Part shown: piece after piece, positions 28,951 through 40,144 of the stretch
Layout of the letters: each line of letters starts with the position of its first letter
How positions within the stretch are numbered: position 1 is the stretch's first letter
Assembly (NCBI GenBank): GCA_963700285.1
Contig: CAVOXA010000010.1
Location: 1,856,001-1,920,000 of the forward strand
Direction: 5' to 3'
DNA length: 64,000 bases
Source: an uncultured Chloroflexia bacterium
GTDB lineage: Bacteria; Chloroflexota; Anaerolineae; JAAYZQ01
Notes under the pieces: model-generated
Databases searched by the model: none
What the model saw: only the letters and a program-made list of their open reading frames with translations
What the model was told of the DNA's origin: nothing
Program-made: the position numbers and the translations under genes

Positions 28951-31908
28951 ATGTCGCAGGAAGAAAAGATAGTGAGTACTTCCGATCTGAAGAAAATCGT
29001 TATTCGGGGCGCACGGGTACACAACCTGAAAAACGTCGATGTCGAGTTGCCCCGCGACAAACTGGTTGTCATTACGGGCCTATCGGGCTCGGGCAAGTCG
29101 TCGCTGGCCTTTGATACCCTCTACGCTGAGGGCCAGCGGCGCTATGTCGAGTCACTGTCGGCCTATGCCCGCCAGTTCCTGGGCGAGATGCAAAAGCCGG
29201 ATGTAGACCAGATCGACGGTCTGAGCCCGGCGATCAGTATCGACCAGAAGGGTACCAGCCGAAACCCCCGGTCCACCGTAGGTACGGTTACAGAGATCTA
29301 TGACTATCTGCGGCTCCTCTACGCGCGCGTCGGTGTGCCCCATTGTCCTCGCTGCGGCAGGGAGGTCCACCAGCAGACCGTGGGCCAGATCGTGGAGGCC
29401 ATCGAAGAGATGCCCGAGGGCAGCCGCATCCTGGTCATGGCCCCGCTCATCAAGGACCGCAAGGGCGAGCACCGCAAGATCTTTGAGGATGTTCGCAAGC
29501 TGGGTTATGTGCGGGTACGTGTGAACGGCGAGGTTCGTGACGTCGACGAAGAGGTTGAGCTGGACCGCTACAAGATGCATACCATTGAAGCCGTAGTGGA
29601 TCGGCTCATTGTGCGTCACGGGGGCGGGAACGGAAACGGTGACGGCGACAGTCGTGGCATGGACCACACCCGGCTGGCCGATTCGGTGGAAACGGCGCTC
29701 AAGCTGGGTGGCGGGGTGATGATGGTGGCCGACATCACCCAGGAGCCTCCTCACGACCACCTATTTTCTGAGCATTTTGCCTGTGTCCATTGCGGTATCA
29801 ACCTGCTCGAGATCGAACCTCGTACCTTCTCCTTCAACAGTCCCCATGGTGCATGCCCAGCCTGCACTGGCTTGGGTACTGAATTGGAGATCGATCCCGA
29901 CCTGGTCATTCCCGATCGCGGCAAAACGTTGGCACAGGGCGCCATCGAACCCTGGACCCGCGAGCGGTCGGGCGATAGCTATTACCGCCAACTCCTCGAA
30001 GCAGCAGCGGCGCAACAAGGCATTCCGATGGATGTGCCGGTACGCGATCTGCCGGCGAGCCAGTTGAACCTCGTCCTCTATGGTGGGCGGCGAGGCGAAA
30101 AGGTTCGCCTGCATTACAAGACCTCACAGGGACAGCAGCGGACCTATGAGACTCATTTTGAAGGAGTGATTCCCAACCTGCAGCGCCGGCACCGGGAAGC
30201 CTCATCCGATCACGCCAAAGAGCAGATCGAGCGTTATATGGCCGAGCGAAACTGTCCAGCTTGCCGAGGGCGCAGGCTCAAGCCAGAGGCACTGGCCGTG
30301 ACGGTTGGTGATAAGGCTATCGACGAGGTTACGGCCATGTCCGTGACCGAAATGTTGGTCCTGTTCGATGAACTTGAGAGCCCGAGTGCGACAAGGGGGG
30401 AAGGAGAGGGGACTGAGGGGAGATTGCTCACCAGTCGCCAGCGAACCATCGCCCGCCAGATCCTCAAGGAACTGCGCGATCGCCTATCCTTTATGGCCAA
30501 CGTCGGCCTTGACTATCTGACCATTGACCGCCGGGCAGCCACCCTCTCAGGCGGCGAGGCTCAGCGGATTCGCCTTGCCACCCAGATTGGTTCCCGGCTG
30601 ATGGGCGTGCTTTATATCCTGGATGAGCCAAGCATCGGCCTGCACCCCCGCGACAACGGCCGCCTGATCCAGACCCTTCTGGGCATGCGCGACCTGGGCA
30701 ACAGTGTCATCGTCGTCGAACATGACGAGGAGACCATGCGCGCTTCGGACTGGATCCTCGACCTGGGTCCTGGAGCCGGCGAGCATGGAGGCGAGGTGGT
30801 CTGCTCCGCCCCGCTGGAAACATTCCTAAAGTGTAGTGAATCGTTGACCGCGGCCTTTCTGCGGGGCGAGCGCAAGATTGCCGTGCCAGAAGCCCGCCGC
30901 CCGGGCAACGGCAAGTACCTGGATGTGATAGGCGCTGCCGAGAACAACTTGAAGGAGGTCGACGTTCGCTTCCCGCTGCAAAAGTTCGTCGCCGTGACAG
31001 GCGTGTCGGGTTCGGGCAAAAGCAGCCTCGTGGTCGAGGTACTTTTTAAGCGGATGAACCAGTACTTTTACCGGGCCAAGGCCAAACCGGGCAAGTACGA
31101 TGTGATGCAGGGCTTGGACCTCATCGACAAGGTGGTCAACATCGACCAGAGCCCCATCGGCCGTACACCCCGCTCCAACCCGGCGACCTACACCAACGTC
31201 TTTACCCATATCCGAGAACTCCTTGCACAACTGCCCGAGTCCAAGGCGCGGGGTTACAAGCCCGGCCGCTTTAGCTTCAACGTCAAGGGCGGGCGTTGTG
31301 AGGCCTGCCGGGGCGATGGGATTATCAAGATCGAGATGCAATTCTTGCCCGACGTCTACGTACCGTGCGAAGTATGCAATGGGCGCCGATACAACCGCGA
31401 GGCGCTAGAGATCCGGTACAAGGGCAAGAACATCGCCGAGGTGTTGGACATGACGGTGGAGGAGGCGCTAGAGTTCTTTTCCAATGTTCCGCGCATCCGC
31501 AACCAACTCCAGACGTTACATGACGTGGGCTTGGGCTATATTCGCCTGGGCCAGCCGGCCACGACCCTCTCTGGCGGCGAGGCGCAGCGGGTCAAGCTGT
31601 CCAAAGAGCTTTCACGCCGGGCCACGGGCCGTACCTTCTACATCCTGGACGAACCGACCACCGGCCTCCACTTTGTCGACATCGAGAAATTGCTGCAAGT
31701 TCTGCACCGCCTCGTAGACCAGGGGAATACGGTAGTGGTCATTGAGCATAACCTGGATGTCATCAAGGCCTCAGACTGGATCATTGACCTGGGGCCCGAG
31801 GGCGGCGAGGGTGGCGGCTGGGTGATAGCCGAGGGTACTCCCGAGGAGGTATCTCGGGTTCGCAGGTCGTACACAGGCCAGTTTTTGCGCAAAGTACTGA
31901 ACAAATAG
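28951..31908 (+). CDS. uvrA: Excinuclease ABC subunit A
   Basis: [22 protein letters not shown], two LSGGEAQR signatures, Zn fingers, GVSGSGKSS. Confidence 0.99.
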   Translation: MSQEEKIVSTSDLKKIVIRGARVHNLKNVDVELPRDKLVVITGLSGSGKSSLAFDTLYAEGQRRYVESLSAYARQFLGEMQKPDVDQIDGLSPAISIDQKGTSRNPRSTVGTVTEIYDYLRLLYARVGVPHCPRCGREVHQQTVGQIVEAIEEMPEGSRILVMAPLIKDRKGEHRKIFEDVRKLGYVRVRVNGEVRDVDEEVELDRYKMHTIEAVVDRLIVRHGGGNGNGDGDSRGMDHTRLADSVETALKLGGGVMMVADITQEPPHDHLFSEHFACVHCGINLLEIEPRTFSFNSPHGACPACTGLGTELEIDPDLVIPDRGKTLAQGAIEPWTRERSGDSYYRQLLEAAAAQQGIPMDVPVRDLPASQLNLVLYGGRRGEKVRLHYKTSQGQQRTYETHFEGVIPNLQRRHREASSDHAKEQIERYMAERNCPACRGRRLKPEALAVTVGDKAIDEVTAMSVTEMLVLFDELESPSATRGEGEGTEGRLLTSRQRTIARQILKELRDRLSFMANVGLDYLTIDRRAATLSGGEAQRIRLATQIGSRLMGVLYILDEPSIGLHPRDNGRLIQTLLGMRDLGNSVIVVEHDEETMRASDWILDLGPGAGEHGGEVVCSAPLETFLKCSESLTAAFLRGERKIAVPEARRPGNGKYLDVIGAAENNLKEVDVRFPLQKFVAVTGVSGSGKSSLVVEVLFKRMNQYFYRAKAKPGKYDVMQGLDLIDKVVNIDQSPIGRTPRSNPATYTNVFTHIRELLAQLPESKARGYKPGRFSFNVKGGRCEACRGDGIIKIEMQFLPDVYVPCEVCNGRRYNREALEIRYKGKNIAEVLDMTVEEALEFFSNVPRIRNQLQTLHDVGLGYIRLGQPATTLSGGEAQRVKLSKELSRRATGRTFYILDEPTTGLHFVDIEKLLQVLHRLVDQGNTVVVIEHNLDVIKASDWIIDLGPEGGEGGGWVIAEGTPEEVSRVRRSYTGQFLRKVLNK

Positions 31909-32070
31909 GGGGCAGACAGCATCTGGCAGCTTTTGCTGCTATGATGATAGTTTTTGACAGGCCACTTGTGCTATAGTGTAGGCGCCCAGGCGGAGAATAG
32001 GGGCTCTACGGAGCCCCTTTGTGCTGGGTGGAGGTGGTATCGACAAGAATTTGGAGCGGATGCTATCGTT

Positions 32071-33123
32071 ATGTTATTAAAGCCAACTCGCGACGTGGGT
32101 ATTGCCGGCTACGGGGCCTATGTGCCCCGCTACCGCCTGCCTGGAAGCGAAGTGGATAGGGTGTGGAAGGACGGGGGAGGGGGCTCACCCATCCGGGAAA
32201 AGGCGGTGCCAGGCCCGGACGAAGACACAGCCACCATGTCGGTCGAGGCCGCCCGCAACGCATTGGCCAGGGCCGGTATAGTCCCAACTGCCCTTCGCGC
32301 CGTGTGGGTGGGCAGCGAATCCCATCCCTACGCCGTCAAGCCTACGTCGACCATCGTGGCCCAGGCCGTCGGTGCCGTGCCGGCTACCCAGGCCGCTGAT
32401 TGGGAGTTTGCCTGCAAGGCAGGCACCGAGGCGTTTCAAGCGGCGGTGGGTTTTGTCGGTTCAGGCATGGCAGATTATGCCCTGGCCATTGGCATGGATA
32501 CAGCCCAGGGGCGGCCGGGCGACGCGCTGGAATACACGGCGGGGGCCGGTGGAGCCGCCTACATCGTCGGTCCGGCAGAGGATAGCTTGGCGATTGTTGA
32601 GGGTTCCTTTTCCTACGTGACCGACACACCCGACTTTTTCCGGCGGCCGCACGAGCACTATCCCCAGCATGGCAGTCGTTTCACCGGTGATCCGGCTTAT
32701 TTTACGCATGTGCTGGCTGCCGGCCGGCAGTTGATGGAGGCGCTAGGCAGCGCACCGGAGGACTATGCGGCGGCGGTTTTTCACCAGCCAAACCCCAAGT
32801 TCCCGGAACGGGCGGCCAAGATCTTGGGCTTCAAACCGGAGCAGACGCGTGCCGGCCTCCTGTGCCCGATGGTGGGCAATACCTATGCCGGCTCCTCACT
32901 GCTGGGCCTGACGGCCATCCTGGATGGCGCCCAACCAGGAGATCGTGTGCTGCTGGTCTCTTTTGGCTCAGGGGCAGGTAGCGACGCCCTTTCCTTGCGG
33001 GTCACAGACAAGATCGAGGCGCGCCGCGACCGCGCACCCCGCACCCAAACCTACGTCCAGCGGCGCAAGGCCATAGATTACGGCATCTATGTACGCTACC
33101 GCAAAAAGTTACACATGCACTAA
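32071..33123 (+). CDS. Hydroxymethylglutaryl-CoA synthase, archaeal type
   Basis: [56 protein letters not shown]. Confidence 0.92.
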   Translation: MLLKPTRDVGIAGYGAYVPRYRLPGSEVDRVWKDGGGGSPIREKAVPGPDEDTATMSVEAARNALARAGIVPTALRAVWVGSESHPYAVKPTSTIVAQAVGAVPATQAADWEFACKAGTEAFQAAVGFVGSGMADYALAIGMDTAQGRPGDALEYTAGAGGAAYIVGPAEDSLAIVEGSFSYVTDTPDFFRRPHEHYPQHGSRFTGDPAYFTHVLAAGRQLMEALGSAPEDYAAAVFHQPNPKFPERAAKILGFKPEQTRAGLLCPMVGNTYAGSSLLGLTAILDGAQPGDRVLLVSFGSGAGSDALSLRVTDKIEARRDRAPRTQTYVQRRKAIDYGIYVRYRKKLHMH

Positions 33124-33198
33124 TCTCCAATCCCCGCGATTGGGCCTATGATAGTGGTCCCGAAACGGAGATTGGACATTGGATACTCGAGAACCTGA

Positions 33199-34365
33199 AT
33201 GAGAGATGTAAGCATCATTGGCCTCGGCCAGACACAAGTTGCGGAACACTGGGACCGGTCGCTGCGGCACCTGGCAGCGGACGCGGTTCTGGCGGCGATG
33301 AAGGATGCCGGCATGGATCCAGGAGCGGTAGATGCCCTGTACGTGGGCAATATGCTCTCCGGCTTGCTCACCGGGCAGGAGCACCTGGGAGCGCTCATTG
33401 CTGATTTTGTGGGACTGCGGGGCATTGAGGCCCTCAAAGTGGAGGCGGCCTGCGGTTCTGGCGCGGCGGCGCTGCGCCAGGGCTACATTGCTGTGGCCGG
33501 GGGGCTGCACGATTTCGTCATCATCTGCGGTGTAGAAAAGATGACGGACACGGTCAACGCCGAAACGACTACGGGCCTGGTGATGGCTGCCGACGCCGAT
33601 TATGAGTCGATCCACGGCCTGACCTTTGTCAGCATCAACGCCTTGTTGATGCGGCGCTACATGTACGAGTATGGCGTCCAGCACAAAGACTTTGCCGGAT
33701 TCGCCGTCAATGCCCATCGCAACGCGGTAGGCAACCCCAATGCCCTGTACCGCCGGCCCATCACGGCCGAGCATTTCGCCGGCGCCCGGATGATCGCCGA
33801 TCCCATCAACCTGCTCGACTCATCGGGCATCGGGGACGGGGCCGCGGCGGTGGTGCTTTGCCCCAGCAGCATGGCCCGCGAATATAGCAACGGCCGCGCG
33901 GTACACATCAAGGCCTCATCCATGGCCACCGACGCTGTGGCAGTCCATGACCGTCCTGACCCGCTCTGGCTGTCTGCAGCCGAGGCGTCGGCCTTCAAAG
34001 CATACCAGCAGGCGGGTGTCGGGCTGCGCGATATCGATCTGTTCGAAGTCCATGATGCTTTCACCATCATGTCGGCCTTGAGTTTGGAGGCGGCTGGTTT
34101 TGCCGAGCGGGGCAAAGGCACCCAGTTGGCCCTGTCCGGTGAGATAACCCGAGAAGGCCGGATTCCCACTTGCACCATGGGCGGTCTGAAAGCGCGAGGC
34201 CACCCCGTGGGCGCGACCGGCATCTACCAGGTAGCCGAAGTGGCCCAGCAGTTGCGCGGCCAGGCTGGCGACAACCAGATCCCCAATGCCCGGCTGGGTA
34301 TGGCCCAGAACATCGGGGGTAGTGGGGCCACCGTGATCACACACATTCTTGAGGCACAGAATTAG
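33199..34365 (+). CDS. Archaeal-type acetoacetyl-CoA thiolase
   Basis: VEAACGSGA, GVEKM, DGAAAVVL, EVHDAFTI, GGLKARGHPVGATG, QNIGG. Confidence 0.92.
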   Translation: MRDVSIIGLGQTQVAEHWDRSLRHLAADAVLAAMKDAGMDPGAVDALYVGNMLSGLLTGQEHLGALIADFVGLRGIEALKVEAACGSGAAALRQGYIAVAGGLHDFVIICGVEKMTDTVNAETTTGLVMAADADYESIHGLTFVSINALLMRRYMYEYGVQHKDFAGFAVNAHRNAVGNPNALYRRPITAEHFAGARMIADPINLLDSSGIGDGAAAVVLCPSSMAREYSNGRAVHIKASSMATDAVAVHDRPDPLWLSAAEASAFKAYQQAGVGLRDIDLFEVHDAFTIMSALSLEAAGFAERGKGTQLALSGEITREGRIPTCTMGGLKARGHPVGATGIYQVAEVAQQLRGQAGDNQIPNARLGMAQNIGGSGATVITHILEAQN

Positions 34366-34438
34366 GCGTCACTGGCGCAAAGGTTTGGAACCTTTCGCAA
34401 CGGTGATCCATCGGAGAACTGATACAGGAGGGTACAAA

Positions 34439-34843
34439 ATGAGTATTCCAAGGCACTGGCGACTGCGAAATCAGCGGTATTCCATGGTCGGCGAAGAATG
34501 CCACACCTGTGGGGCCAAACTTTTCCCGCCCCGCGACGTCTGCCCCGAGTGCAGCAAACCGGCCTATGAGCCCTATACATTCAGTGGCAACGGCAAGGTC
34601 TATTCCTATTCGACCGTCTACCAGGCGCCCACCGGCTATGAGGATTTTGTTCCCTACACGGTGGCCTTGGTGGAACTCGACGAAGGGCCGCTGGTGACGG
34701 CGCAGCTCACCGATGTGGACCAGGACGAGGTCGAGATCGGCATGCCCGTGGAGATGGTGACCCGTAAGCTTCGGGAAGAGGGCGAAGACGGGCTCATCGT
34801 CTACGGCTACAAGTTTCGAAGGCCCATTCACGAAGCAGCGTAG
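34439..34843 (+). CDS. DUF35 Zn-ribbon/OB-fold scaffold protein
   Basis: CHTC...FPPRDVCPEC, GKVYSYS, IGMPVEMVTRKL, YGYKFR. Confidence 0.92.
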   Translation: MSIPRHWRLRNQRYSMVGEECHTCGAKLFPPRDVCPECSKPAYEPYTFSGNGKVYSYSTVYQAPTGYEDFVPYTVALVELDEGPLVTAQLTDVDQDEVEIGMPVEMVTRKLREEGEDGLIVYGYKFRRPIHEAA

Positions 34844-34855
34844 ATAGATTGAGAC

Positions 34856-34890
34856 ATCCCAGGGCCACAGAAGTGCCCTGGGGATCTTTG
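34856..34890 (+). terminator. Intrinsic terminator after the HMGCS operon
   Basis: atcccagggc...gccctggggat stem followed by cttt. Confidence 0.55.
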
Positions 34891-34895
34891 CGTTC

Positions 34896-34925
34896 ACAAG
34901 CCACTGTCGCGCGACAGTGGCTTGT
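34896..34925. repeat. Perfect 30-bp palindrome with no loop
   Basis: ACAAGCCACTGTCGC|GCGACAGTGGCTTGT. Confidence 0.9.
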
Positions 34926-35053
34926 TGTGTTCTTTCCTCAGTTTGTGGTCGGTACCCAGCCTCCCCGATTTCTCCGAAGACCAGGCCATCGGGTTCATGT
35001 GGTTTGATGCTGGGTGTGTTTCAGATTTCTGGACAACACAAAGCCCGGTGCAC

Positions 35054-35250
35054 GTCATTCCGAACGAAGTGAAGAATCTCGCTTGCGCCCAACCGAGATC
35101 CTGCGCTTCGCTCAGGATGACGACTACCCAAGGGTGACTTTCTTGTACATAGAGTGGCACCCCGCGCCATGGAACACTCAGCATGACGGGCTGAGGGGCA
35201 AGTCTTCGCAAATCGAGAGGCTTTCTGCATTATGGGCCGCTCAGAATGAC
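35054..35250. repeat. REP-like inverted repeat pair plus degenerate copies
   Basis: GTCATTCCGAACGAAGTGAAGAATCT ... AGATCCTGCGCTTCGCTCAGGATGAC (35054-35121); further CTCAGCATGAC and CTCAGAATGAC ends at about 35177 and 35240. Confidence 0.7.
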
Positions 35251-35407
35251 GGCATCTCTGCCCAAGCCACCCAAAAAGTTGGACTACCCCCTTTGATGCT
35301 TGGGGATCTTTTGCAATTTGACAAGGCCGCCGGATCCCGGTACGATACAGCCACATGGAAAACCGCCAACTCATTTCTGTTATCTGGGACGATGGGAGTC
35401 TAGGCTG

Positions 35408-36100
35408 ATGAGGATCCTGGCCATCCAGAATTGCAGCGCCGAAGGTTTCGGTCTGTACGAGCGGGCCCTTCAGGAACTCGGGGCTGGCTACAGGCTGGTT
35501 CACGCCTACAGGGATGAATCCCTTCCACCCCACGAGAACTTTGACGCGATACTGGTCGGCGGCACGCCTGTTTCGGCCTATGAAGCCCACGCCCACCCTT
35601 TCCTGCAGGCAGAGCGCGAGTACCTGCAGGACGCGGTGCAAAAGGGAAAAGCCTGCCTCGGCATCTGCTGCGGCGCCCAGATCCTGACCCAGATACTGGG
35701 TGCAGACGTGCGTCGCTGTCAGCGGATGGAGATCGGCGTCTATAAAGTACAGCTCACAGAGGCGGGCTGCAAGGATGGCCTGCTAAAGGGCTTTCCCCCT
35801 CGTTTTCCGGTTTTCCACTGGCACGGGGATACCTTTGACATCCCGGAGGGCGCTGAATTGCTGGTCCAGGGCCAGGACTGCCCCAATCAGATGTTCCGCC
35901 GGGGCAAGGTAGTAGGTGTACAGTTCCACCTTGAAGTGACCAGCAGCACCGCAGGCATCTGGGCCGACGAGTATCGAGATGAACTGGCAGCCTTTGGCAA
36001 GAGCAAGGCAGAGGTCGTCGCCGAATGTCGGAAACGAGAGCAAGAGATGAACACCCTGGCGGCACGATTGCTGGAAAATTTCCTTGAGATAGCTCTATGA
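35408..36100 (+). CDS. Type 1 glutamine amidotransferase (GMP-synthase-like)
   Basis: LGICCGAQI, FHWHGDTF, GVQFHLE triad. Confidence 0.9.
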   Translation: MRILAIQNCSAEGFGLYERALQELGAGYRLVHAYRDESLPPHENFDAILVGGTPVSAYEAHAHPFLQAEREYLQDAVQKGKACLGICCGAQILTQILGADVRRCQRMEIGVYKVQLTEAGCKDGLLKGFPPRFPVFHWHGDTFDIPEGAELLVQGQDCPNQMFRRGKVVGVQFHLEVTSSTAGIWADEYRDELAAFGKSKAEVVAECRKREQEMNTLAARLLENFLEIAL

Positions 36101-36744
36101 AAGCAATCGATGGCCTATGCATTTCGAAGGCACAACCTGGGGGTGACCGTATGCACGTCTACATCCTGTTCGCTCACCCAAGCAAAAAATCCTTTAGTCA
36201 GTCTGTGCTGCAAGCTTTCACACGCGGTCTGGCAGAAGCGGGACACAGCTTTCAAGTCGGCGACCTGTATGAAATGGGCTTCCAATCGGAACTGGACGAG
36301 GATCAGTATATCCGTGAACTGGGGCTGGACCCTCGCGCCCCCGTGCCCGACGATGTGGCGGCAGAGCAAGCCAAGATCGACGCGGCCGGCGCCCTGGTCT
36401 TTATCTATCCGGTCTGGTGGAGCGACTGTCCGGCCAAGCTGAAGGGCTGGTTCGACCGGGTACTGACCTACGGCTACGCCTATTTCTACGACACGGACGA
36501 GCAGCGCTTGTCCCGCATCTCCATCGAAAAGGCCCTCGTGCTCTGTTCGGCGGGCCACACCGTCGAACACCTGGAAGAGACCGGCATCGCCGAGAGCATG
36601 CGCTGCATCATGCTCAACGATCGCCTGCTGGGAGTCGGCGTCAAGGCCACCCAGATGGAGATCCTGGGCGGCATGATGCCGGGGGATGACACCCACCGGC
36701 AAGAGAATCTGAGCAGGGCTTATGAATTGGGCCGTACGTTCTAG
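36097..36744 (+). CDS. NAD(P)H dehydrogenase (quinone), flavodoxin-like fold
   Basis: AHPSKKSFS, DLYEMGF, YPVWWSDCPAKLKGWFDRV; start could be 36151. Confidence 0.9.
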   Translation: MKAIDGLCISKAQPGGDRMHVYILFAHPSKKSFSQSVLQAFTRGLAEAGHSFQVGDLYEMGFQSELDEDQYIRELGLDPRAPVPDDVAAEQAKIDAAGALVFIYPVWWSDCPAKLKGWFDRVLTYGYAYFYDTDEQRLSRISIEKALVLCSAGHTVEHLEETGIAESMRCIMLNDRLLGVGVKATQMEILGGMMPGDDTHRQENLSRAYELGRTF

Positions 36745-36780
36745 CCTACCCTTCCCCCCGGACTGGGCCGCGGCCTCCGC

Positions 36781-37167
36781 CGCTGCGACGTCGACAGTCA
36801 CAGCCAGACCGCCACCGCCCCCGACGGCCGCACCCTCTATTTCGACCTGGAGAGCTGGGCGGCGCTGAGCCGCTACCTGGCCGCCCGGGGCGACGCGGTC
36901 AACTATCCCCTGCTCCAGTGGAACCTGCCGCTCTTTGCCCGCCACAACTCGGCCAGCGTCGGCCAGCCCCTGCAGGCACTGAACCGGGCATCTGTCAAGA
37001 GCGTCATCGTTGCCCTGTAGCCCTCTGCCGGGCTACAGGCCCGCAACCTCAGGACCCGCTTTGCCCACCTCGTCCTGGCCGCCACAAAAGACGAAGCCGG
37101 CACCGCCAAGCTCCTCGGCCTCCGCAGCCCCGAAAGCATCCGCCGCTACGTCCCCGAAGACGATTGA
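36781..37167 (+). pseudogene. Degenerate tyrosine recombinase/integrase C-terminal fragment
   Basis: Not in the ORF track: DGRTLYFDLESWAALSRYLAARG...PLFARHN...*...NLRTRFAHLVLAATKDEAGTAKLLGLRSPESIRRY resembles H-LRH-FA...LLGH-S-T-Y; in-frame TAG at 37018. Confidence 0.6.
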
Positions 37168-37266
37168 CCCCCAACCCGCCAAAACCCGCTCGAGTCTGGC
37201 ATGACCCTCCCCATCATCCCCTCTGCCTGGGCCACACGCACCCTCTCTCGGTCTCCCCCTCACCCC

Positions 37267-39758
37267 TCACCCCCTCTCCCCCTCCGCGTCCAGCTCCTCT
37301 TCCACCAGCTTCTGGCGCAGGACCTTGCCCACAAAGGATCGGGGCATCTCGTCGCGAAAGCGTACCCTGCGCGGCACCTGGTAGGAGCGCAGCCGATCCT
37401 GGCAGAAGGCGATGATCTCCTCGGCCGTGGCCTGCTGGCCGGGACGCAGCACGATATGGACCCGGACCTCGCCGCGCCCGTCGTCGCCCGGAACGCCAAT
37501 GGCCGCGGCTTCCTGCACGCTGGGATGCTCGTACAAGCACCTCCTCCACATCGCGGGGATAGACCTGGTGGACGCCAACACGGATCAGGTCGCGGATGCG
37601 GTTGATGATCCGGAAATAACCATCGCTGTCCATCTGGGCCAGGTCGCCGGTGTGGAGCCAGCCATCGCGCAGCGCCTCCTCGGTCTCTTCGGGCCGGCGC
37701 CAGTAGCCCTGCATCACCTGAGGTCCGCGGATCACCAGCTCGCCGACTGGCCCGGCTTGAGCTCGCGCCCGCTGCGAGGGTGCACGATGCGGGCGTCGGT
37801 ACCGGGCAGGGGGATGCCGATGGCTGCCCACCTTGCGCTGGCCAAAGAGGGGGTTGGCGTGGGTCACAGGGCTGGCCTCGGTCAGGCCATAGCCCTCCAC
37901 CAGCCGCCCCTTGGTCAGCTTCTCAAAACCCTCCTGCACTTCGATGGGCAGCGGGCTGGCCCCGCTGATGCAGGCCTTGATGCTGGCGATCTCATAGTCG
38001 CGCACGTTGGGGAACTCGTTGATGGCCGCGTACATCGCCGGCACACCGGGGAACAGGGTGGGATGATGGCGGCGGATGGCCTTCAGGACCGCCTCGGTAT
38101 CGAAGCGTCGGAAGCAGCACCACCGCCGAACCGCTGAGCATCGCCAGGTTCAGGCAGGCGGTCAGGCCATAGGAGTGGGAAAAGGGCAGCACGCCCAGAA
38201 ACCTCTCCTGTCCCTCCCGCAGGTCCGCGAACCAGGCACGGGTCTGGATGGCGTTGGCCACCAGGTTGCGGTGCGAGAGCATGACCCCTTTGGGCTCGCC
38301 CGTGGTGCCGCCCGTGTAGAGCAGGACCGCCAGGTCGTCGGCGATGACCGGCACAGGCTGGTAGCTCGCCGGGACGTGCGGCGCATCAGCCGCTCCCACC
38401 AGAGGACCTTTTCCGCTTCGTAGGCCGGCAGGCGGTGTCCTTCCTGCCGCTCGCGGGTGAAGCGAAAGATGGTCCGCTGCAGCCAGGGCAGATAGGTCTT
38501 GACGTTGGTCAGGATCACGTTGCGGATCCTGTCCCTCCTGCTGCAGAGGGCGGACCACGTCGGGGTAGAAGCGGCTGAGGGTGAGTACCGTCTCGGCGCC
38601 AGAGTCGGCCAGTTGGCGGGCCAGTTCCTCTCGGTCGGACAGGGGATTGACCAGCACGGCCACTGCTCCGGCCATCAGCGCGCCGTACAGACCGATGACT
38701 GCCTGGGGGACGTTGGGCAGCAGGATGAGAAACCGGTCGCCCTTGCGTACGCCCAGGTCGCGCACAATGCCGGCCCAACGCTGCGCTTCCTCGGCCACAA
38801 ACCGGTACGACAACGGGCGACCGCCATAGATGAGGGCTGGCCGATCGGGCCAGCGGCGGGCCGATTCCTCCAACAAGTGGTGCACGGGTTGATCGGGGAT
38901 GGTGATCTCGGCAGGGACGCCCTTTTCATAGTGTTCCAGCCAGGGCCGCTCGTGGGCCACGGCCTTGGCTTCCTCCACGCCGCTGCGCCAGGAGCGCAGG
39001 CCCGTTTCCAGGAAACGTTCCAGGGCACGGTTGACGGCCGCCGGCCGTCTCCAGAGGCGACTGGTGGCCTGCCGCCCTGATGATCTCCAGGCGGGCGCGG
39101 GGCATCTCGTAGGCGGTGCGGCGCGATAGCGAAGGGCGCACGTACCAGTCGCGCTGGCCGGCGATGACCAGCGTCGGTGTGGTGATCTCGGGCAGCAGAT
39201 CCCAGCCCTGCCACGAGCCGACGCTGTTCTCGACAAAGTTCTTGAAGACGTGGGGCGGCGCGTTAAAGCGTCCCCGGCGTTGCAGGAAGGGACGGATCAG
39301 GACCATGAGCACGGAAGGAATGCGCAGCGCCAGGCGCATCGCACTTGGAAAGGGGCAGACTGGGCAGCCGTGTTGACCAGGGCCAGCTTGGTCAGCCGCT
39401 CCGGATAGCGAGCGGCAAAGTTGATGCCCAGCAGCCCGCCGGCCGAGTGGGCCAGCAGCACCACCGGTTCCCGGACGTCCAGCCCATCCAGGACTGCCAC
39501 CAGATCGGCTGTAACCTGATCCACGGTATAGCCATCGCGGGGCTTGTCAGATCGGCCGTGGCCCCGCAGGTCGGGAGCGATACAGCGGTGGCGCCGGGAA
39601 AAGTGGCGGAGCTGGTTGACCCACTGCAATGCATGGCCGCCAGCCCCCTGGACGAAGAAAAGGGCCGGTCCATCACCACGCGGCCCGGCGTCGATCACGC
39701 TCAGACGGACAGATGGTTGGACCTGTACCTGGATCCGGTCTGAATCAAACTCACTCAT
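37267..39758 (-). CDS. Alpha/beta hydrolase fused to long-chain acyl-CoA synthetase (frameshifted)
   Basis: APDLRGHGRS, AHSAGG, AGHQSPLE; then in one frame ALERFL..RPWLEHYEKGVP, YTGGTTGEPKG, EGYGLTE, GWLHTGD, PRSFVGKVLR. Confidence 0.8.
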
Positions 39759-39864
39759 CCAGCGGAAATCCCTTTTTCGGAGATCAGGGCCTTTGAAAAG
39801 TCAACGCTGAGGATCCTACCCCTGGTACCGTGGCTCATACTTCACCTCCGTCAGGACCAACTAG

Positions 39865-39892
39865 ATTATACCATAGCAAGTACAGATGTCAA
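39865..39892 (-). promoter_or_regulatory. sigma70-type promoter for hydrolase-ligase gene
   Basis: Minus strand TTGACA-16bp-TATAAT. Confidence 0.55.
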
Positions 39893-40144
39893 CGGCTTCT
39901 CCTTTGCGGTAGCGTATCACTTTCGGTGGAATTACCGCCAAGCCGACCTGTCATTCCCGCATGCTTTTAGCGGGAATCCATGCCACCAGCAACCGTCACC
40001 GCTACAGAGTAGATGCCCGCTAGAACCATGCAAATACAAATGTCAACGGGTTCTCTTTCACGACAGCCCATCACTTTCGGTGGAAGATTAGCCCAGCTGA
40101 CCTTTCATTTCCGCACGCTTTCAGCGGGAATCCATGCCACCGGC
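39876..40144. repeat. Imperfect tandem duplication (period about 154 bp), each unit carrying a REP-like hairpin
   Basis: gcaagtacagatgtcaacgg...atcactttcggtggaa...tcattcccgcatgcttttagcgggaatccatgccacc (from 39876) repeats from 40030. Confidence 0.85.

Noticed and set aside
29620-29660. Gly/Asn-rich insert in UvrA as an intein or mobile insert
   Set aside because: About 12 aa low-complexity loop without intein motifs or a palindrome.
37018-37020. Recoded TAG (pyrrolysine/readthrough) with a stem-loop
   Set aside because: The frame lacks a start and the catalytic histidines, and the TAG lies within the hairpin arm; gene decay is simpler.
37205-37290. C/T-rich tract as a functional repeat
   Set aside because: Low complexity, no regular period, and partly the G/A-rich 3' end of the ligase gene.
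39755-39838. 27-aa leader peptide (MSHGTRG...) before the hydrolase-ligase
   Set aside because: Has a good RBS, but lies in an indel-rich block and may be the frameshifted true N-terminus.
39876-40144. Possible CRISPR array
   Set aside because: Only two long imperfect units of about 154 bp with similar inter-hairpin sequence; no unique spacers and no cas genes.
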